A DNA stretch of 64,000 nt, from NCBI GenBank assembly GCA_018826075.1, contig JAHKAJ010000024.1:145694-209693 (forward strand), written 5' to 3'. The stretch comes from Candidatus Omnitrophota bacterium (GTDB taxonomy: Bacteria; Omnitrophota; Gorgyraeia; Duberdicusellales; 4484-171). Of the stretch, positions 36,991 through 47,262 are shown piece by piece. A model generated the notes under the pieces. That model was not told the DNA's origin and did not search any database. It saw nothing but the letters and a program-made list of their open reading frames with translations. The position numbers and the translations under genes were made by a program. The first letter of the stretch is position 1; every line of letters begins with the position of its first letter.

Positions 36991-38342
36991 CTTCTCCCCT
37001 TTAAGCTGCCGCCTTTAATAAAACCGTCATAGTGGCGTATCAGCAGCTGGCCTTCGATCTGTTTCATCGTATCTAAAACCACACCGACCATGATCAAAAG
37101 CGTGGTCCCGCCAAACAGCGAAGCTAGACCATAAGAAGGAACTCTAAACAGATACATGATCAAATTGGGAAAAATTGCAATCATAGCGATATATAATGCA
37201 CCGATAAAAACAATCCGGGTAGTCACAAAATCAATATATTGAGCGGTGGGAGTCCCTGGCCTGATCCCGGGAATAAAGCCGCCGTTACGTTTCAAATTGT
37301 TGGCTAATTCCAAAGGGTTAAACACCATGGCCGTATAAAAATACATAAAAAACATGATCAGCCCGACATAAATAAAATTATACCAAAGACCTCTTTGCTG
37401 AAATATGCCTTGTAAAAAAGAAAAAAACCTGACTGATTTAGGCAAAAACATACTTAGGGTCGCCGGAAAAGCTAAAACGCTTGAGGCAAAAATTATGGCG
37501 ATAACTCCTGACATGTCTACCTTTATCGGCAAATACTGTGTGGCTCCTCCATAGACCTTGCGGCCGATGATCCGTTTGCCGTACTGAATAGGGATCCGGC
37601 GTTGAGCCTGGGTAAACAGAACTACTGCGGCAATGGTCAAAAACCAGACTACGGCTAAAGTGACGATGACCGGAGTGGAAATCTGACGCTTAGCAATATC
37701 AAACGGCGAATAAAGAATCCATAACTGATTGATCGATGAGGGAATACGGGAAATAATACTGGCGGTGATAATTATTGATATGCCGTTGCCGATTCCCCGC
37801 TCTTGGATCTGTTCACCCAGCCACATAATAAAAACTGTTCCAGCGGTAAGAGTGGCGATGGTAGTAAAAGTAAACAGAATCCCGGGATTGGGTACAATAG
37901 AAATACCTTTAAAATTATTGGGATTAGAAAGCCAAAGCGAAAGAAACAACCCTTGAACACCGCAAAGGACAAAAGTCAAATAACGGGTATACTGGTTGAT
38001 TTTTTCATAACCGGCTTTACCTTCCTTGGCTAAACGCTCCAGGACCGGGATGATGTTGACCAAAAGCTGCATAATGATCGAAGCTGAAATGTAAGGCATA
38101 ATCCCTAAAGCAAAAATGCTTAGACGGGTAAGAGCTCCGCCGGTAAACAAATTGACCATACTGAGAATAGTCTGGCCTTGAGTCTTAGCGATCATGTCAA
38201 AAAACTGGCTTAAAGCTGCGGTATCTACCCCGGCAGTGGGAATAAAGCACCCGGCCCGGTAAACCACTAATAAAGACAAAGTAATAGCAATCTTTTTTCT
38301 AAGCTCTTCAATCTTGAAAACGTTGCTTATCGATTTAAACAC
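36987..38342 (-). CDS. secY: Preprotein translocase SecY
   Basis: SIFALGIMPYISASII, WLGEQI..RGIGNG, GFIPGIRPG, GGTTLLIMVGV. Confidence 0.98.
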   Translation of the reverse strand: MFKSISNVFKIEELRKKIAITLSLLVVYRAGCFIPTAGVDTAALSQFFDMIAKTQGQTILSMVNLFTGGALTRLSIFALGIMPYISASIIMQLLVNIIPVLERLAKEGKAGYEKINQYTRYLTFVLCGVQGLFLSLWLSNPNNFKGISIVPNPGILFTFTTIATLTAGTVFIMWLGEQIQERGIGNGISIIITASIISRIPSSINQLWILYSPFDIAKRQISTPVIVTLAVVWFLTIAAVVLFTQAQRRIPIQYGKRIIGRKVYGGATQYLPIKVDMSGVIAIIFASSVLAFPATLSMFLPKSVRFFSFLQGIFQQRGLWYNFIYVGLIMFFMYFYTAMVFNPLELANNLKRNGGFIPGIRPGTPTAQYIDFVTTRIVFIGALYIAMIAIFPNLIMYLFRVPSYGLASLFGGTTLLIMVGVVLDTMKQIEGQLLIRHYDGFIKGGSLKGRR

Positions 38343-38782
38343 TCAGCGACTCCTCCTTGAGATTCGATAAGCTCTTTAGCCTTGGCTGAAAAAGCATCGG
38401 CTTTGATTTTAGCTTTCTTTTTAAATTCATTGCCAAATTTAGCTAATATTTTAACCGGCCGGTCATTATCCTTGATCAGGTTCAACTTCTCTAAAACTTC
38501 CGGAGTGATCTCTTCAACTGAGCCTGCCCTTTTCTGAATATCGCATAAATTCACTAATTGATATTCTTTCGGCCGCAGCGCGGTAAATCCTCTTTTGGGT
38601 AAAGTGCGGGCAAACGGCAGATTTCCGCCGCGAAAACCGATGTAGGGAAGTACCTTGCCTTTACGCTGGCCGGCACCTTTATGGCCACGCCCGGAAGTTT
38701 TGCCGCTGCCGGAACCGGTTCCCCGGCCAAGCCGGTGCGGCTTCTTGTTTTTTACTTTTACTCTTAAGTCTGATAAATTCAT
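38327..38782 (-). CDS. rplO: 50S ribosomal protein L15
   Basis: RLGRGTGSGSGKTSGRGHKG, LPKRGF. Confidence 0.96.
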   Translation of the reverse strand: MNLSDLRVKVKNKKPHRLGRGTGSGSGKTSGRGHKGAGQRKGKVLPYIGFRGGNLPFARTLPKRGFTALRPKEYQLVNLCDIQKRAGSVEEITPEVLEKLNLIKDNDRPVKILAKFGNEFKKKAKIKADAFSAKAKELIESQGGVAECLNR

Positions 38783-38785
38783 AAG

Positions 38786-39337
38786 TTATCCTTTTAAATT
38801 CGCAAGCCCCTGGAAAGTCGCTTTAACTACATTTATCTGGTTAGTTGAATTGCCCAAATTTTTAGTCAAAATATCTTTTATACCGGCACATTCGCATATT
38901 GCTCTTACCGGTGAAGAAGCGATAACTCCGGTTCCTTCAGCCGCTGGCTTAAGCAGCATCTGGACTGCGCCGAAACAACCGACGATTCGATGCGGTATGG
39001 TTGTTCCTTTCTTTTTAATCGGCCGAATAGTTTTTTTAGCTTTACTGATGCCTTTACGTATTGCATCGGCCACTTCATTGGCCTTGCCCAAAGCAAAACC
39101 AGCGCTGCCGGTGCCGTCTCCGACCACCACTAAAGCCGAAAACCCCATATTTTTACCACCTTTGGTAACCTTGGTGGTCCGGTTGATAAAAAGGACTTTT
39201 TCAATAAAAGCGCTGTCGCTGTCCCCGCGGCGAGATTGATCCCTTCGGCGCGGACCCTGGCCTCTCCTTTTGTCGGGAGAAAAACCCGCCGTTACCATCC
39301 CTTTAGGTATATCTTTTTTATTGGTATCTTGGTTCAA
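38786..39337 (-). CDS. rpsE: 30S ribosomal protein S5 (start uncertain)
   Basis: [33 protein letters not shown]. Confidence 0.95.
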   Translation of the reverse strand: MNQDTNKKDIPKGMVTAGFSPDKRRGQGPRRRDQSRRGDSDSAFIEKVLFINRTTKVTKGGKNMGFSALVVVGDGTGSAGFALGKANEVADAIRKGISKAKKTIRPIKKKGTTIPHRIVGCFGAVQMLLKPAAEGTGVIASSPVRAICECAGIKDILTKNLGNSTNQINVVKATFQGLANLKG

Positions 39338-39687
39338 AACTTTAACCCTCCTTCCCGAGCTCCCTGGGCCAAGTTTTCAACCCGGCCATGATATTTATAG
39401 CCGCTGCGGTCAAAAGCCACAGCCTTGACCCCCAATTTGAGTGCCTGGGCAGCTATTAGTTTTCCTAGCTCCTTAGCCGCTTCCTTGTTAGCCGAGCTGA
39501 TTTTTTTATCCTTAAAATCCTTGCCCAAAGTAGAACAGCCGGTAATCACCTTATGCTGGCCGTCATCAATAACTTGGGCATAAATATGTTTTTTACTTCT
39601 AAATACAACCAGCCGCGGTGTTTGGGCTGTACCTTTCATCTTCTTAGTAATCCTTTTGTGCCTACGAAATCTGGAAATCTTTTTCAT
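39334..39687 (-). CDS. rplR: 50S ribosomal protein L18
   Basis: [26 protein letters not shown]. Confidence 0.97.
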   Translation of the reverse strand: MKKISRFRRHKRITKKMKGTAQTPRLVVFRSKKHIYAQVIDDGQHKVITGCSTLGKDFKDKKISSANKEAAKELGKLIAAQALKLGVKAVAFDRSGYKYHGRVENLAQGAREGGLKF

Positions 39688-39688
39688 C

Positions 39689-40231
39689 TTATTGTTTAGC
39701 TAAAGCTTTCCCAAGTTTTTTTCGTACTTCTTCACCGCGGTAGCGGATACCTTTCCCCTTGTAAGGCTCCGGCGGAAAGACTCGACGTACGTTAGCGGTA
39801 AACTCACCGACTTTTTGTTTATCGATACCTTCTACGATGATCATATTATTTCCCGAACAGGTGACTTTCAAACCTTCGGGGACTTCCATCTCCACCGGAT
39901 GCGAATATCCCACGTTCAGCAGGAGATTTTTCTCCTTCATCTGGGCTTTGTAGCCGACGCCGATTATATCCAGCTCCCGCCTATACCCTTTAGTCACCCC
40001 TTCAATCATGTTGTTGATCAGCATCCGTATCGTCCCATGCAAAGACTTCAGTGCTTTTGAATCGTTCGCCCGTTTGACGGTTAAGGAATCTGCGGTTATT
40101 TCCAGGTTGATTCCTTGCGGAATATTCAACTCTAATTTATTTTTAGCCGCTTCAACGATACAGCGGCCAGACTCAAAAACCACCTTAACCCCTTTTGGTA
40201 TTTCTAATATTTTTTGGCCTATTCTTGACAT
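39689..40231 (-). CDS. rplF: 50S ribosomal protein L6
   Basis: MSRIG, GVGYKA, PEPYKGKGIRY; start trimmed to ATG 40231. Confidence 0.97.
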   Translation of the reverse strand: MSRIGQKILEIPKGVKVVFESGRCIVEAAKNKLELNIPQGINLEITADSLTVKRANDSKALKSLHGTIRMLINNMIEGVTKGYRRELDIIGVGYKAQMKEKNLLLNVGYSHPVEMEVPEGLKVTCSGNNMIIVEGIDKQKVGEFTANVRRVFPPEPYKGKGIRYRGEEVRKKLGKALAKQ

Positions 40232-40241
40232 AATTAAACCT

Positions 40242-40637
40242 TTACCAGACCATCCCGATGACTTCACCGCCCAAACCCTTTTCTCTGGCTTCTTTATCAG
40301 TAAACATGCCTTCGGGCGTGGAAACTATAGTTACTCCGTAACCATTCAAAGCCCTGGGGACAGCGTCGCGTTTTACATAGATCCGCCTTCCCGGTTTGGA
40401 AATTTTCTTAATCTGGCCGATAATTCCTTTTTTGTTCTGATATTTAAGGTAAACTTTGATCTTTCGAAAACCTTCTAAATCTACTTCCTTGAAATTTTCC
40501 AGGTAACCTTCCCTTTTTAAGATATCACAGATTTTAACCAAAGAATTAGAATAAGGAATATAAGTTTCTTCCTGCTTAGCCCGGGAAGCATTTCTGATTA
40601 CGGTAAAGGCATCGCTTATAGTATCGGTTCTGCTCAT
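40242..40637 (-). CDS. rpsH: 30S ribosomal protein S8
   Basis: IRNA, ISKPGRRIY, GGEVI. Confidence 0.97.
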   Translation of the reverse strand: MSRTDTISDAFTVIRNASRAKQEETYIPYSNSLVKICDILKREGYLENFKEVDLEGFRKIKVYLKYQNKKGIIGQIKKISKPGRRIYVKRDAVPRALNGYGVTIVSTPEGMFTDKEAREKGLGGEVIGMVW

Positions 40638-40659
40638 TATCGGCTCCGTTTTTTAATTT

Positions 40660-40854
40660 TTACCAACTGGCTTTCTTAACGCCGGGAATCAAACCCTGCC
40701 AAGCCAACTCCCGAAAACAAATCCGGCAAAGCTCAAAATCCCGCATGTATCCACGCGGCCGGCCGCAACAACGGCAGCGGTTATGACGACGGGTGGAAAA
40801 TTTTACTTTGATTTTCTCCCTTTTCCATTTTTCGATTTTAGATGTGCTAGCCAC
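40660..40854 (-). CDS. rpsN: 30S ribosomal protein S14, Zn-binding type Z
   Basis: [10 protein letters not shown]...[20 protein letters not shown]. Confidence 0.96.
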   Translation of the reverse strand: MASTSKIEKWKREKIKVKFSTRRHNRCRCCGRPRGYMRDFELCRICFRELAWQGLIPGVKKASW

Positions 40855-40868
40855 TACTGTCTCCGTTT

Positions 40869-41441
40869 TTAAATATTTTGTTTGCGAAAAGGAAATCCAA
40901 ACGAGTCAAGAAGATCCCTGGCTTCCTGATCGGTCTTGGCGCTGGTATTGATAGTGATATTCATGCCTTGGGTCCTGGCTATTTTATCCAGGTTGATTTC
41001 GGGAAAAATGTTCTGTTCAGAAAGCCCAAAGGTATAATTTCCCCTTCCGTCAAAAGAATTTGCCGGAAAACCCCGAAAGTCACGGATCCGCGGCGAAGCC
41101 ACAGTGATAAAACGATCCAAAAACTCATACATCATCGCCCGCCTTAAGGTTACGCAACAGCCGATCGGAACGCCTTCTTTTAGTTTAAAATTTGAGATCG
41201 GTTTACGCGAACGACAAATCTTGGGTTTCTGGCCGGTGATCACGCCCAGCTCCTCGGCGCACTGCTCAATAATTTTAGCATCCTGGGTTGCCTGACCCAC
41301 CCCCATATTCACCACGATCTTGATCAGGCGCGGCACGGCTAAGTCATTCTTGTAGCCGTGTTTCTGGCGTAACTTTGAGACTATCTGATTACGATAGAGC
41401 TCAAGATAACGCGGAAGGTTTTTTTCCTTGGCTTCTTTCAT
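40869..41441 (-). CDS. rplE: 50S ribosomal protein L5 (alternative start 41465)
   Basis: [30 protein letters not shown]. Confidence 0.96.
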   Translation of the reverse strand: MKEAKEKNLPRYLELYRNQIVSKLRQKHGYKNDLAVPRLIKIVVNMGVGQATQDAKIIEQCAEELGVITGQKPKICRSRKPISNFKLKEGVPIGCCVTLRRAMMYEFLDRFITVASPRIRDFRGFPANSFDGRGNYTFGLSEQNIFPEINLDKIARTQGMNITINTSAKTDQEARDLLDSFGFPFRKQNI

Positions 41442-41446
41442 TGGTT

Positions 41447-41761
41447 TTAAATCAGCTTCTGACATTTTTTACAAATTCTCACTTTAGTTTTATCGTCGGA
41501 GATTTTTACTGAAAATCTTACCCCCCGGGCGCAGCTTGAGCAAAACAGTAATACTTTTGAAACGTTTATCGCCACCGGAACTTCCCGCAGGCCGCCCTGC
41601 TCGGCTTCCGAACGCCGACGGATATGTTTTTTCATTATATTGATGCCTTCGACAATAACCCTTTTATCGGTAAGGTCAACCGTCAAGACCTTGCCACTTT
41701 TGCCTTTGTCCTTACCGGACATCACCATGACCTTATCGCCTTTTTTTATGCCTAAGCTCAT
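41447..41761 (-). CDS. rplX: 50S ribosomal protein L24
   Basis: IKKGDKVMVMSGKDKGKSG, VEGIN. Confidence 0.97.
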   Translation of the reverse strand: MSLGIKKGDKVMVMSGKDKGKSGKVLTVDLTDKRVIVEGINIMKKHIRRRSEAEQGGLREVPVAINVSKVLLFCSSCARGVRFSVKISDDKTKVRICKKCQKLI

Positions 41762-42127
41762 TTATATGACCTCGGGAGCTAAAGACAAAATCTTGCTGAA
41801 CCGGTGTCTTAATTCGCGGGCCACCGGGCCAAAGACTCGGGTAGCTCTGGGGTTACCCTGTTTATCGATAATCACGCAGGCATTACGGTCAAACCTGACC
41901 GCTAAGCCGTCTTTGCGCTTAATCGGAAAATGAGTCCGTACAACCACTGCCCGCACTACTTCGCCTTTTTTTACCGTACCATTAGGAATCGCTTCTTTGA
42001 CGCTGGCTGAAATCACATCTCCGATATCAGCATGGTCTTTATTTTTTTTACCGATAACTCCGATAAAACCTACTTTCTTAGCTCCGCTATTATCTGCTAC
42101 ATCCAGCCGCGAACGAACATAGATCAT
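41762..42127 (-). CDS. rplN: 50S ribosomal protein L14
   Basis: [26 protein letters not shown]. Confidence 0.98.
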   Translation of the reverse strand: MIYVRSRLDVADNSGAKKVGFIGVIGKKNKDHADIGDVISASVKEAIPNGTVKKGEVVRAVVVRTHFPIKRKDGLAVRFDRNACVIIDKQGNPRATRVFGPVARELRHRFSKILSLAPEVI

Positions 42128-42363
42128 TTTATAATCTCCAATAACCTGAAATGTTTATCCTTTGAATATGGCCGTGATTCGACTATCCTCACCTGATCGC
42201 CGATTTTTGCCTGATTAGTTTCATCGTGAGCCTTGTATTTTTTCCGGCGCGAACGCGGGCTTCCATAAACCTGATGAGCCACCCTATCCTTGACCAATAC
42301 GGTTATGGTTTTGTCGCTCTTGTCGGCTGTGACCACCCCTTGAAAAATCCTTGCTTTACTCAC
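42124..42363 (-). CDS. rpsQ: 30S ribosomal protein S17
   Basis: [23 protein letters not shown]. Confidence 0.96.
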   Translation of the reverse strand: MSKARIFQGVVTADKSDKTITVLVKDRVAHQVYGSPRSRRKKYKAHDETNQAKIGDQVRIVESRPYSKDKHFRLLEIIK

Positions 42364-42365
42364 AA

Positions 42366-42554
42366 TTAGCTCCTTGTTCTCTGATTAATAACCGTATGAA
42401 TACGGGCAATATCTTTTTTAAGCTGCTTGAAACGATGGGGTTTTTCAACCCCGCTGCGGCGCTTAAACCCCAATTCCATAAGCTGTTTATCTAGCTCATT
42501 AAGCTTAGTTTTAAGTTCTTCCTTGGATAGCCCCTGTAAATCTTTTAACTTCAT
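42366..42554 (-). CDS. rpmC: 50S ribosomal protein L29
   Basis: [10 protein letters not shown]; position between rplP and rpsQ. Confidence 0.95.
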   Translation of the reverse strand: MKLKDLQGLSKEELKTKLNELDKQLMELGFKRRSGVEKPHRFKQLKKDIARIHTVINQRTRS

Positions 42555-42961
42555 CTTTTCCTAGTAACAAACATGGTTTTAAACGGAAGCTTATAAGCCA
42601 CCAACCGGAAAGACTCCCTGGCATAATCTTCGGGGATACCGCCTAATTCAAAAACTACCGTTCCTCGCCGAATCACTGCCACCCAGCCTTCCACTTCACC
42701 CTTACCTTTACCCTGCCTTGACTCGGCCGGTTTTTTAGTTATCGGTTTATCGGGAAATACCCGTATCCAAAGCTTACCTCCCCGGCGCAACCTTCGAGTA
42801 AGGATTATCCTGACTGTCTCAATCTGATTATTTTTAAGCCAGTGCGACTCCAAAGCCTTTATTCCGTATTCGCCAAAAGCAACCGTTGAACCGGAAACTG
42901 CCAGGCCTTTAAGCCTTCCCCGTTGAGATTTACGATATTTTACCCTTTTGGGAATTAACAT
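42551..42961 (-). CDS. rplP: 50S ribosomal protein L16
   Basis: PKRVKYRK, WIRVFPDKPIT.KP, GKGKG. Confidence 0.98.
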   Translation of the reverse strand: MLIPKRVKYRKSQRGRLKGLAVSGSTVAFGEYGIKALESHWLKNNQIETVRIILTRRLRRGGKLWIRVFPDKPITKKPAESRQGKGKGEVEGWVAVIRRGTVVFELGGIPEDYARESFRLVAYKLPFKTMFVTRKR

Positions 42962-42964
42962 TTT

Positions 42965-43648
42965 TTAACCGTTGTTTTCCGGGTTTTGATCAGCCGGATT
43001 AATTAAATAACTTCCTAGATTCTTTATACCTTTATACACCCAGACCTTGACCCCGATCGTTCCATAAGTGGTCTTAGCTACTGAAAATCCGTAATCAATA
43101 TCCGCCCTGAATGTCTGCAAGGGAACCTTCCCGTGTTTGTAGGTTTCCTGACGAGCGATTTCCGCTCCGCCCAGGCGTCCGGAACAACGTATTTTTATGC
43201 CTTCAGCACCTAGAGAAGTGGCCTGTTGTATGGCCCGCTTCATGGCCCGGCGAAAATTAACCCGTTTCAACAGCTGGAAACCGATCAATTCGGCAATCAA
43301 TTGGGCGTCGCAGGCTGGCTCAATGACCTCCTCAACGTCAATGATGATCTCTTTTTTAGTCAGATTGCCAAGTTCCCGCTTAAGGAACTCGATATCCTGT
43401 CCACGCCGGCCGATGACTACTCCCGGACGAGAAGTCTTAATCCTTATCCGGACAACCGTCTGAGACACCCTTTCAATAACTATCGTAGCTATTGTCCCTT
43501 TAGGGTAATTATCCTTGACCGTATCGCGAATCCGCAAATCCTCTTCTAAAAAATCGGCAAACTCGCTCTTTTTTAAACAAAACCAGCGGGAAAGCCAATC
43601 TTTACCAAAACCGATCCTTAAAATATACGGGTGTACTTTTTGTCCCAT
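42965..43648 (-). CDS. rpsC: 30S ribosomal protein S3
   Basis: MGQKVHP, RPGVVIGRRG, SGRLGGAEIAR, ADIDYG. Confidence 0.98.
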   Translation of the reverse strand: MGQKVHPYILRIGFGKDWLSRWFCLKKSEFADFLEEDLRIRDTVKDNYPKGTIATIVIERVSQTVVRIRIKTSRPGVVIGRRGQDIEFLKRELGNLTKKEIIIDVEEVIEPACDAQLIAELIGFQLLKRVNFRRAMKRAIQQATSLGAEGIKIRCSGRLGGAEIARQETYKHGKVPLQTFRADIDYGFSVAKTTYGTIGVKVWVYKGIKNLGSYLINPADQNPENNG

Positions 43649-43656
43649 ATTTTACC

Positions 43657-44016
43657 TTATTTTGTTTTTCCTTTTTTGACTAATTTTTCCGGGCTATCCA
43701 GTTCTACTACAATATGCGAGGTACGTTTTCTCACCGGCGTTGCCCGGCCAAAAGAAGCCGCCCGATACCGTTTAAGGGTCGGCCCGGAATTAGCGATCAT
43801 TTTGGATATAAAAAGCTTATCCTCGTCATAACCTTTGATTTTGGCATTGGCTAAGGCCGAGTGAAGAACTTTCTTTAAGTGGCCAGCCGCCTTTTTATTA
43901 AAATGGTTAAGCTCAACCAAAGCCTGTTTTGCATTCCTGCCTTTAAACAGGATGCTGACCAGCCTGACTTTGGTCGGCGAAATCCGAATATATTTTCCTT
44001 CTGCTTTTGCTACCAT
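43657..44016 (-). CDS. rplV: 50S ribosomal protein L22
   Basis: RISPTKVRLV, SALANA, KRTSHI. Confidence 0.97.
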   Translation of the reverse strand: MVAKAEGKYIRISPTKVRLVSILFKGRNAKQALVELNHFNKKAAGHLKKVLHSALANAKIKGYDEDKLFISKMIANSGPTLKRYRAASFGRATPVRKRTSHIVVELDSPEKLVKKGKTK

Positions 44017-44021
44017 AATAA

Positions 44022-44309
44022 CTACTTCTTCTGGATTGCCTTCTTAGCTTTGATTCCTCCATGCTGGCGGAAAGTCCGGGTGGCGGCAAACTCGCCCAGG
44101 CGGTGACCGACCATCGACTCAGTGACAAAAACCGGCACATGTTTCTTCCCGTCATGCACCGCAAAAGTAAGGCCGACAAACTCCGGAACGATCATCGAAC
44201 TACGCGACCAGGTTTTGATCGCCTTACGATCGTTGGATTTTTTTGCCAGCTGGGCTTTTTTTAACAGCTTCAACTCGATATAGGGGCCTTTTTTTAAGGA
44301 ACGGCTCAT
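44022..44309 (-). CDS. rpsS: 30S ribosomal protein S19
   Basis: [24 protein letters not shown]. Confidence 0.98.
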   Translation of the reverse strand: MSRSLKKGPYIELKLLKKAQLAKKSNDRKAIKTWSRSSMIVPEFVGLTFAVHDGKKHVPVFVTESMVGHRLGEFAATRTFRQHGGIKAKKAIQKK

Positions 44310-45157
44310 TATCTAACCCTCTTTTTTGCTCTACGTTTTACAATATATTTATTGCTGAATTTTTTGCGTTTCCTGGTCTTATAACCTTTAGTCGGTTTAC
44401 CCCAGGGAGTGACCGGATGCGGATTACCCTGTCCGGCTTTACCTTCACCGCCTCCATGCGGATGGTCTACTGGATTCATAGCCACACCTCTGACTTTGGG
44501 ACGCTGGCCCAGCCAGCGTACCCGGCCGGCCTTTCCGTGGACAAATGAAGAATGTTCGATCAGGCCGATTTGGCCGACAGTTGCCCGACATTCACTTTTT
44601 AAAAGACGTATCTCACCCGAAGGCATGCGCAACTGCGCCATATCCCCTTCTTTACCCATCAACTGAGCCCAGTTGCCGGCACTGCGGACCAAAACTCCTC
44701 CCCGGCCAGGCATTAATTCCAAATTATGGACAAAGGTACCCATCGGGATATGTTTTAACTTCATCGAATTACCCGGTTTTATATCCACCTGTTCGTCAAA
44801 AGAACTGACTATTTTGTCTCCGACTTTTAATTTATCCGGCCAAATAATATAACGGCGTTCTTTATCGAAATATTCAACCAGAGCGATCCGGGCGCTGCGA
44901 TTAGGATCATACTCAATAGTTAAAACTTCTGCCAATTGATCAAATTTATCACGCTTATAATCGATTATCCGGTATCTTTGTTTGCTGCCGCCGCCGCGAT
45001 GCCGGGACGTTACCCGGCCGCGGTTGTTACGCCCGCCGGATTTCTTCAAACTGACCAAGAGCGATTTTTCAGGATAATCGCGGGTAATTTCGGCAAAATC
45101 CGAAATAGCCTTAAACCGCAAGGAAGGAAGCATTGGTCTGAATTTTTTTACACCCAT
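44309..45157 (-). CDS. rplB: 50S ribosomal protein L2
   Basis: [32 protein letters not shown]. Confidence 0.98.
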   Translation of the reverse strand: MGVKKFRPMLPSLRFKAISDFAEITRDYPEKSLLVSLKKSGGRNNRGRVTSRHRGGGSKQRYRIIDYKRDKFDQLAEVLTIEYDPNRSARIALVEYFDKERRYIIWPDKLKVGDKIVSSFDEQVDIKPGNSMKLKHIPMGTFVHNLELMPGRGGVLVRSAGNWAQLMGKEGDMAQLRMPSGEIRLLKSECRATVGQIGLIEHSSFVHGKAGRVRWLGQRPKVRGVAMNPVDHPHGGGEGKAGQGNPHPVTPWGKPTKGYKTRKRKKFSNKYIVKRRAKKRVR

Positions 45158-45166
45158 AATTAAACT

Positions 45167-45457
45167 CTAAATTAACTTTATTTCAAAACCCTCACGCAAA
45201 GTAACAATCGCCTTTTTCCAGGAAGCAGTTTTTCCCGGCTGGTTAGAGCGGACCCTTTTTGTCTTACCCTTGACTATCATCGTCGCCACTTTGCTGACTT
45301 TTACCTTATAAACTGACTCTACTGCTTTTTTTATCTCGATTTTATTGGCTTCCCGGTCGACCCAAAAAGAATATTTGCGAAAAATAACCTCCCGGCTGGA
45401 TTTTTCAGTGATCAACGGTGACCGGATTATCGAATAATCTCCTTTTAAGCCAGGCAT
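45167..45457 (-). CDS. rplW: 50S ribosomal protein L23
   Basis: PLITEKS, ANKIEIKKAVE, WKKAIVTL. Confidence 0.97.
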   Translation of the reverse strand: MPGLKGDYSIIRSPLITEKSSREVIFRKYSFWVDREANKIEIKKAVESVYKVKVSKVATMIVKGKTKRVRSNQPGKTASWKKAIVTLREGFEIKLI

Positions 45458-46185
45458 TTTTTAATCCTCTCTTCTACGGTCTTAAGCGCATCCTTAGTCA
45501 TGACTAATCTTTTACAATCAAGAACGTCGATGGTCGGAATATTAAGGGCTTGAGAAACTTTTAATTTCGCCAAATTATTACTCGCCAACTTAAGGTTATT
45601 TTCTAAATCCTTGACCACCAAGCGTACTTTTTCCTGATTAAGTTTAAGTTTTTTAATGATCTCGGCCAGTTTCTTTGTCTTGTGGGAAACTAAAGGCACC
45701 TCTTCCAAAACCATAATTTCGGCATCCCTTAATTTAGCATTCAGGGCACTTTTAAGCGCCAGGGCTTTCATCTTTTTCGGCATATCTTTATAGAATGAAT
45801 GCGGTTTCGGGCCAAAAGCCACTCCGCCGCCCCTCCACACCGGGTTACGCGAAGAACCAAACCTTGCCCGGCCGGTTCCCTTCTGCCGCCAGGGTTTTTT
45901 ACCACCACCGGAGACATCACCCCGGGTCTTGCTTGAGGCTAACCCCATCCGCTGATTTCCCTGATAGATCACCACTGCCTGATGCATCAGCTGCATATTG
46001 ATCGTACCGTCAAAGACTTCCGGGTCTAAATCAAACTGGGAAACCTTTTTGCCATCAATATTCAAAACCCCTAAACTTAAAGCCTTATCGCTTTCAACCT
46101 TCGGCGATTTGGCTTTTTTAGTTCGTTTAGGCGTAAGAGCCTTTTTCACTTTCTTCTTAGGAGCTGTTTTTTTAGCGGTGGCCAT
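45445..46185 (-). CDS. rplD: 50S ribosomal protein L4 with Lys/Ala/Pro-rich N-terminal extension
   Basis: KTRGDVSGGGKKPWRQKGTGRAR, GGGVAFGP. Confidence 0.97.
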   Translation of the reverse strand: MATAKKTAPKKKVKKALTPKRTKKAKSPKVESDKALSLGVLNIDGKKVSQFDLDPEVFDGTINMQLMHQAVVIYQGNQRMGLASSKTRGDVSGGGKKPWRQKGTGRARFGSSRNPVWRGGGVAFGPKPHSFYKDMPKKMKALALKSALNAKLRDAEIMVLEEVPLVSHKTKKLAEIIKKLKLNQEKVRLVVKDLENNLKLASNNLAKLKVSQALNIPTIDVLDCKRLVMTKDALKTVEERIKKCLA

Positions 46186-46189
46186 AAAA

Positions 46190-46843
46190 TTAATTTACCT
46201 TTTTAAGGCAGACTACTGTCCCCTTGGGCCCGGGAACGCAGCCCGATATAAAAATAAGATTTCTGTCTTTATCTACTTTTTTCACGGTTAAATTCTTGGT
46301 GGTCCTGAACTTATTACCCATATGCCCGGGCATATGCAAACCCTTGATTATCCTTGAAGGATACGCCGAAGACCCGGCTGAACCAATACGCCTATGTGAA
46401 GTTGAACCGTGAGTTCGTGGCCCACCACGCCAACCATACCGCTTCATTCCCCCGGCAAATCCCTTTCCTTTAGTTTTTGAGCGAACGTCAACTGTATCGC
46501 CTTCTTTAAATATATCGACCCCCAATTGACGAACCCCTTGGGTTTTATCCTCAGAGGAAAGAAAACCCAAATCTGCCCCTGGCTCAACGGTAACTTCCCT
46601 TAACAGTTTGTAAGCCGGGATACCCAGCTTTTTAAAATATCCGGACAGCGGCTTTTTTATTTTCAAGCTTTTTTTATCGCTCAGCTTAAAACAAGCCACC
46701 TGGACTTTGTTTTTAGTCGGATAATTCATCTTCCGGAGCAAATATACCGGTTCAACCTCAAGAAGGGTCACCGGACAGAGATTGCCCTCAGCGTCAAAAC
46801 TTTGAGTCATCCCCAGTTTTTTTCCGTAAATCTCTCTGATCAT
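46190..46843 (-). CDS. rplC: 50S ribosomal protein L3
   Basis: GKKLGMTQ, KGKGFAG, THGS.SHRRIGS, MPGHMG. Confidence 0.97.
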   Translation of the reverse strand: MIREIYGKKLGMTQSFDAEGNLCPVTLLEVEPVYLLRKMNYPTKNKVQVACFKLSDKKSLKIKKPLSGYFKKLGIPAYKLLREVTVEPGADLGFLSSEDKTQGVRQLGVDIFKEGDTVDVRSKTKGKGFAGGMKRYGWRGGPRTHGSTSHRRIGSAGSSAYPSRIIKGLHMPGHMGNKFRTTKNLTVKKVDKDRNLIFISGCVPGPKGTVVCLKKVN

Positions 46844-46942
46844 AAATTCACTTCGTCAATAACGAAGCCCTTTCACGAATCACATCGAACACCACGAACC
46901 ACTCGTGGTAATCCGTCTCATTCTCGTGATAAAAGCCCGGTT

Positions 46943-47251
46943 TTACACTTCCTGCTTAATCGCTACATTTACTCCTGCCGGCAGGTTCAACTTTCGTAAA
47001 GCATCTATGGTCTTGGCGGTAGGATTATCTAGATCAATGATCCTCTTGTGAATCGCCAACATAAACTGCTCGCGCGACTTCTTGTCGATGTTCGTCGAAC
47101 GATTAACGGTGTAGATCTTCTTCTTAGTCGGTATCGGTATCGGCCCGTTAACCTTTGCTCCGGTGCGCAAAGCCACCTCAGTAATATCCTGCGCTGACTG
47201 ATCAAGGATCCGGTGGTCAAAAGCTTTTAGTTTTATTCGCAATTTAAGCAT
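46943..47251 (-). CDS. rpsJ: 30S ribosomal protein S10
   Basis: [23 protein letters not shown]. Confidence 0.98.
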   Translation of the reverse strand: MLKLRIKLKAFDHRILDQSAQDITEVALRTGAKVNGPIPIPTKKKIYTVNRSTNIDKKSREQFMLAIHKRIIDLDNPTAKTIDALRKLNLPAGVNVAIKQEV

Positions 47252-47262
47252 AATAGTTAAAT

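Noticed and set aside
39272-39295. GTAACGGCGGGTTTTTCTCCCGAC (VTAGFSPD) in the S5 N-terminal extension resembles a decayed GTAG REP
   Set aside because: Only a 4-6 bp stem and the right arm is missing, so it cannot be told from chance without a genome-wide profile.
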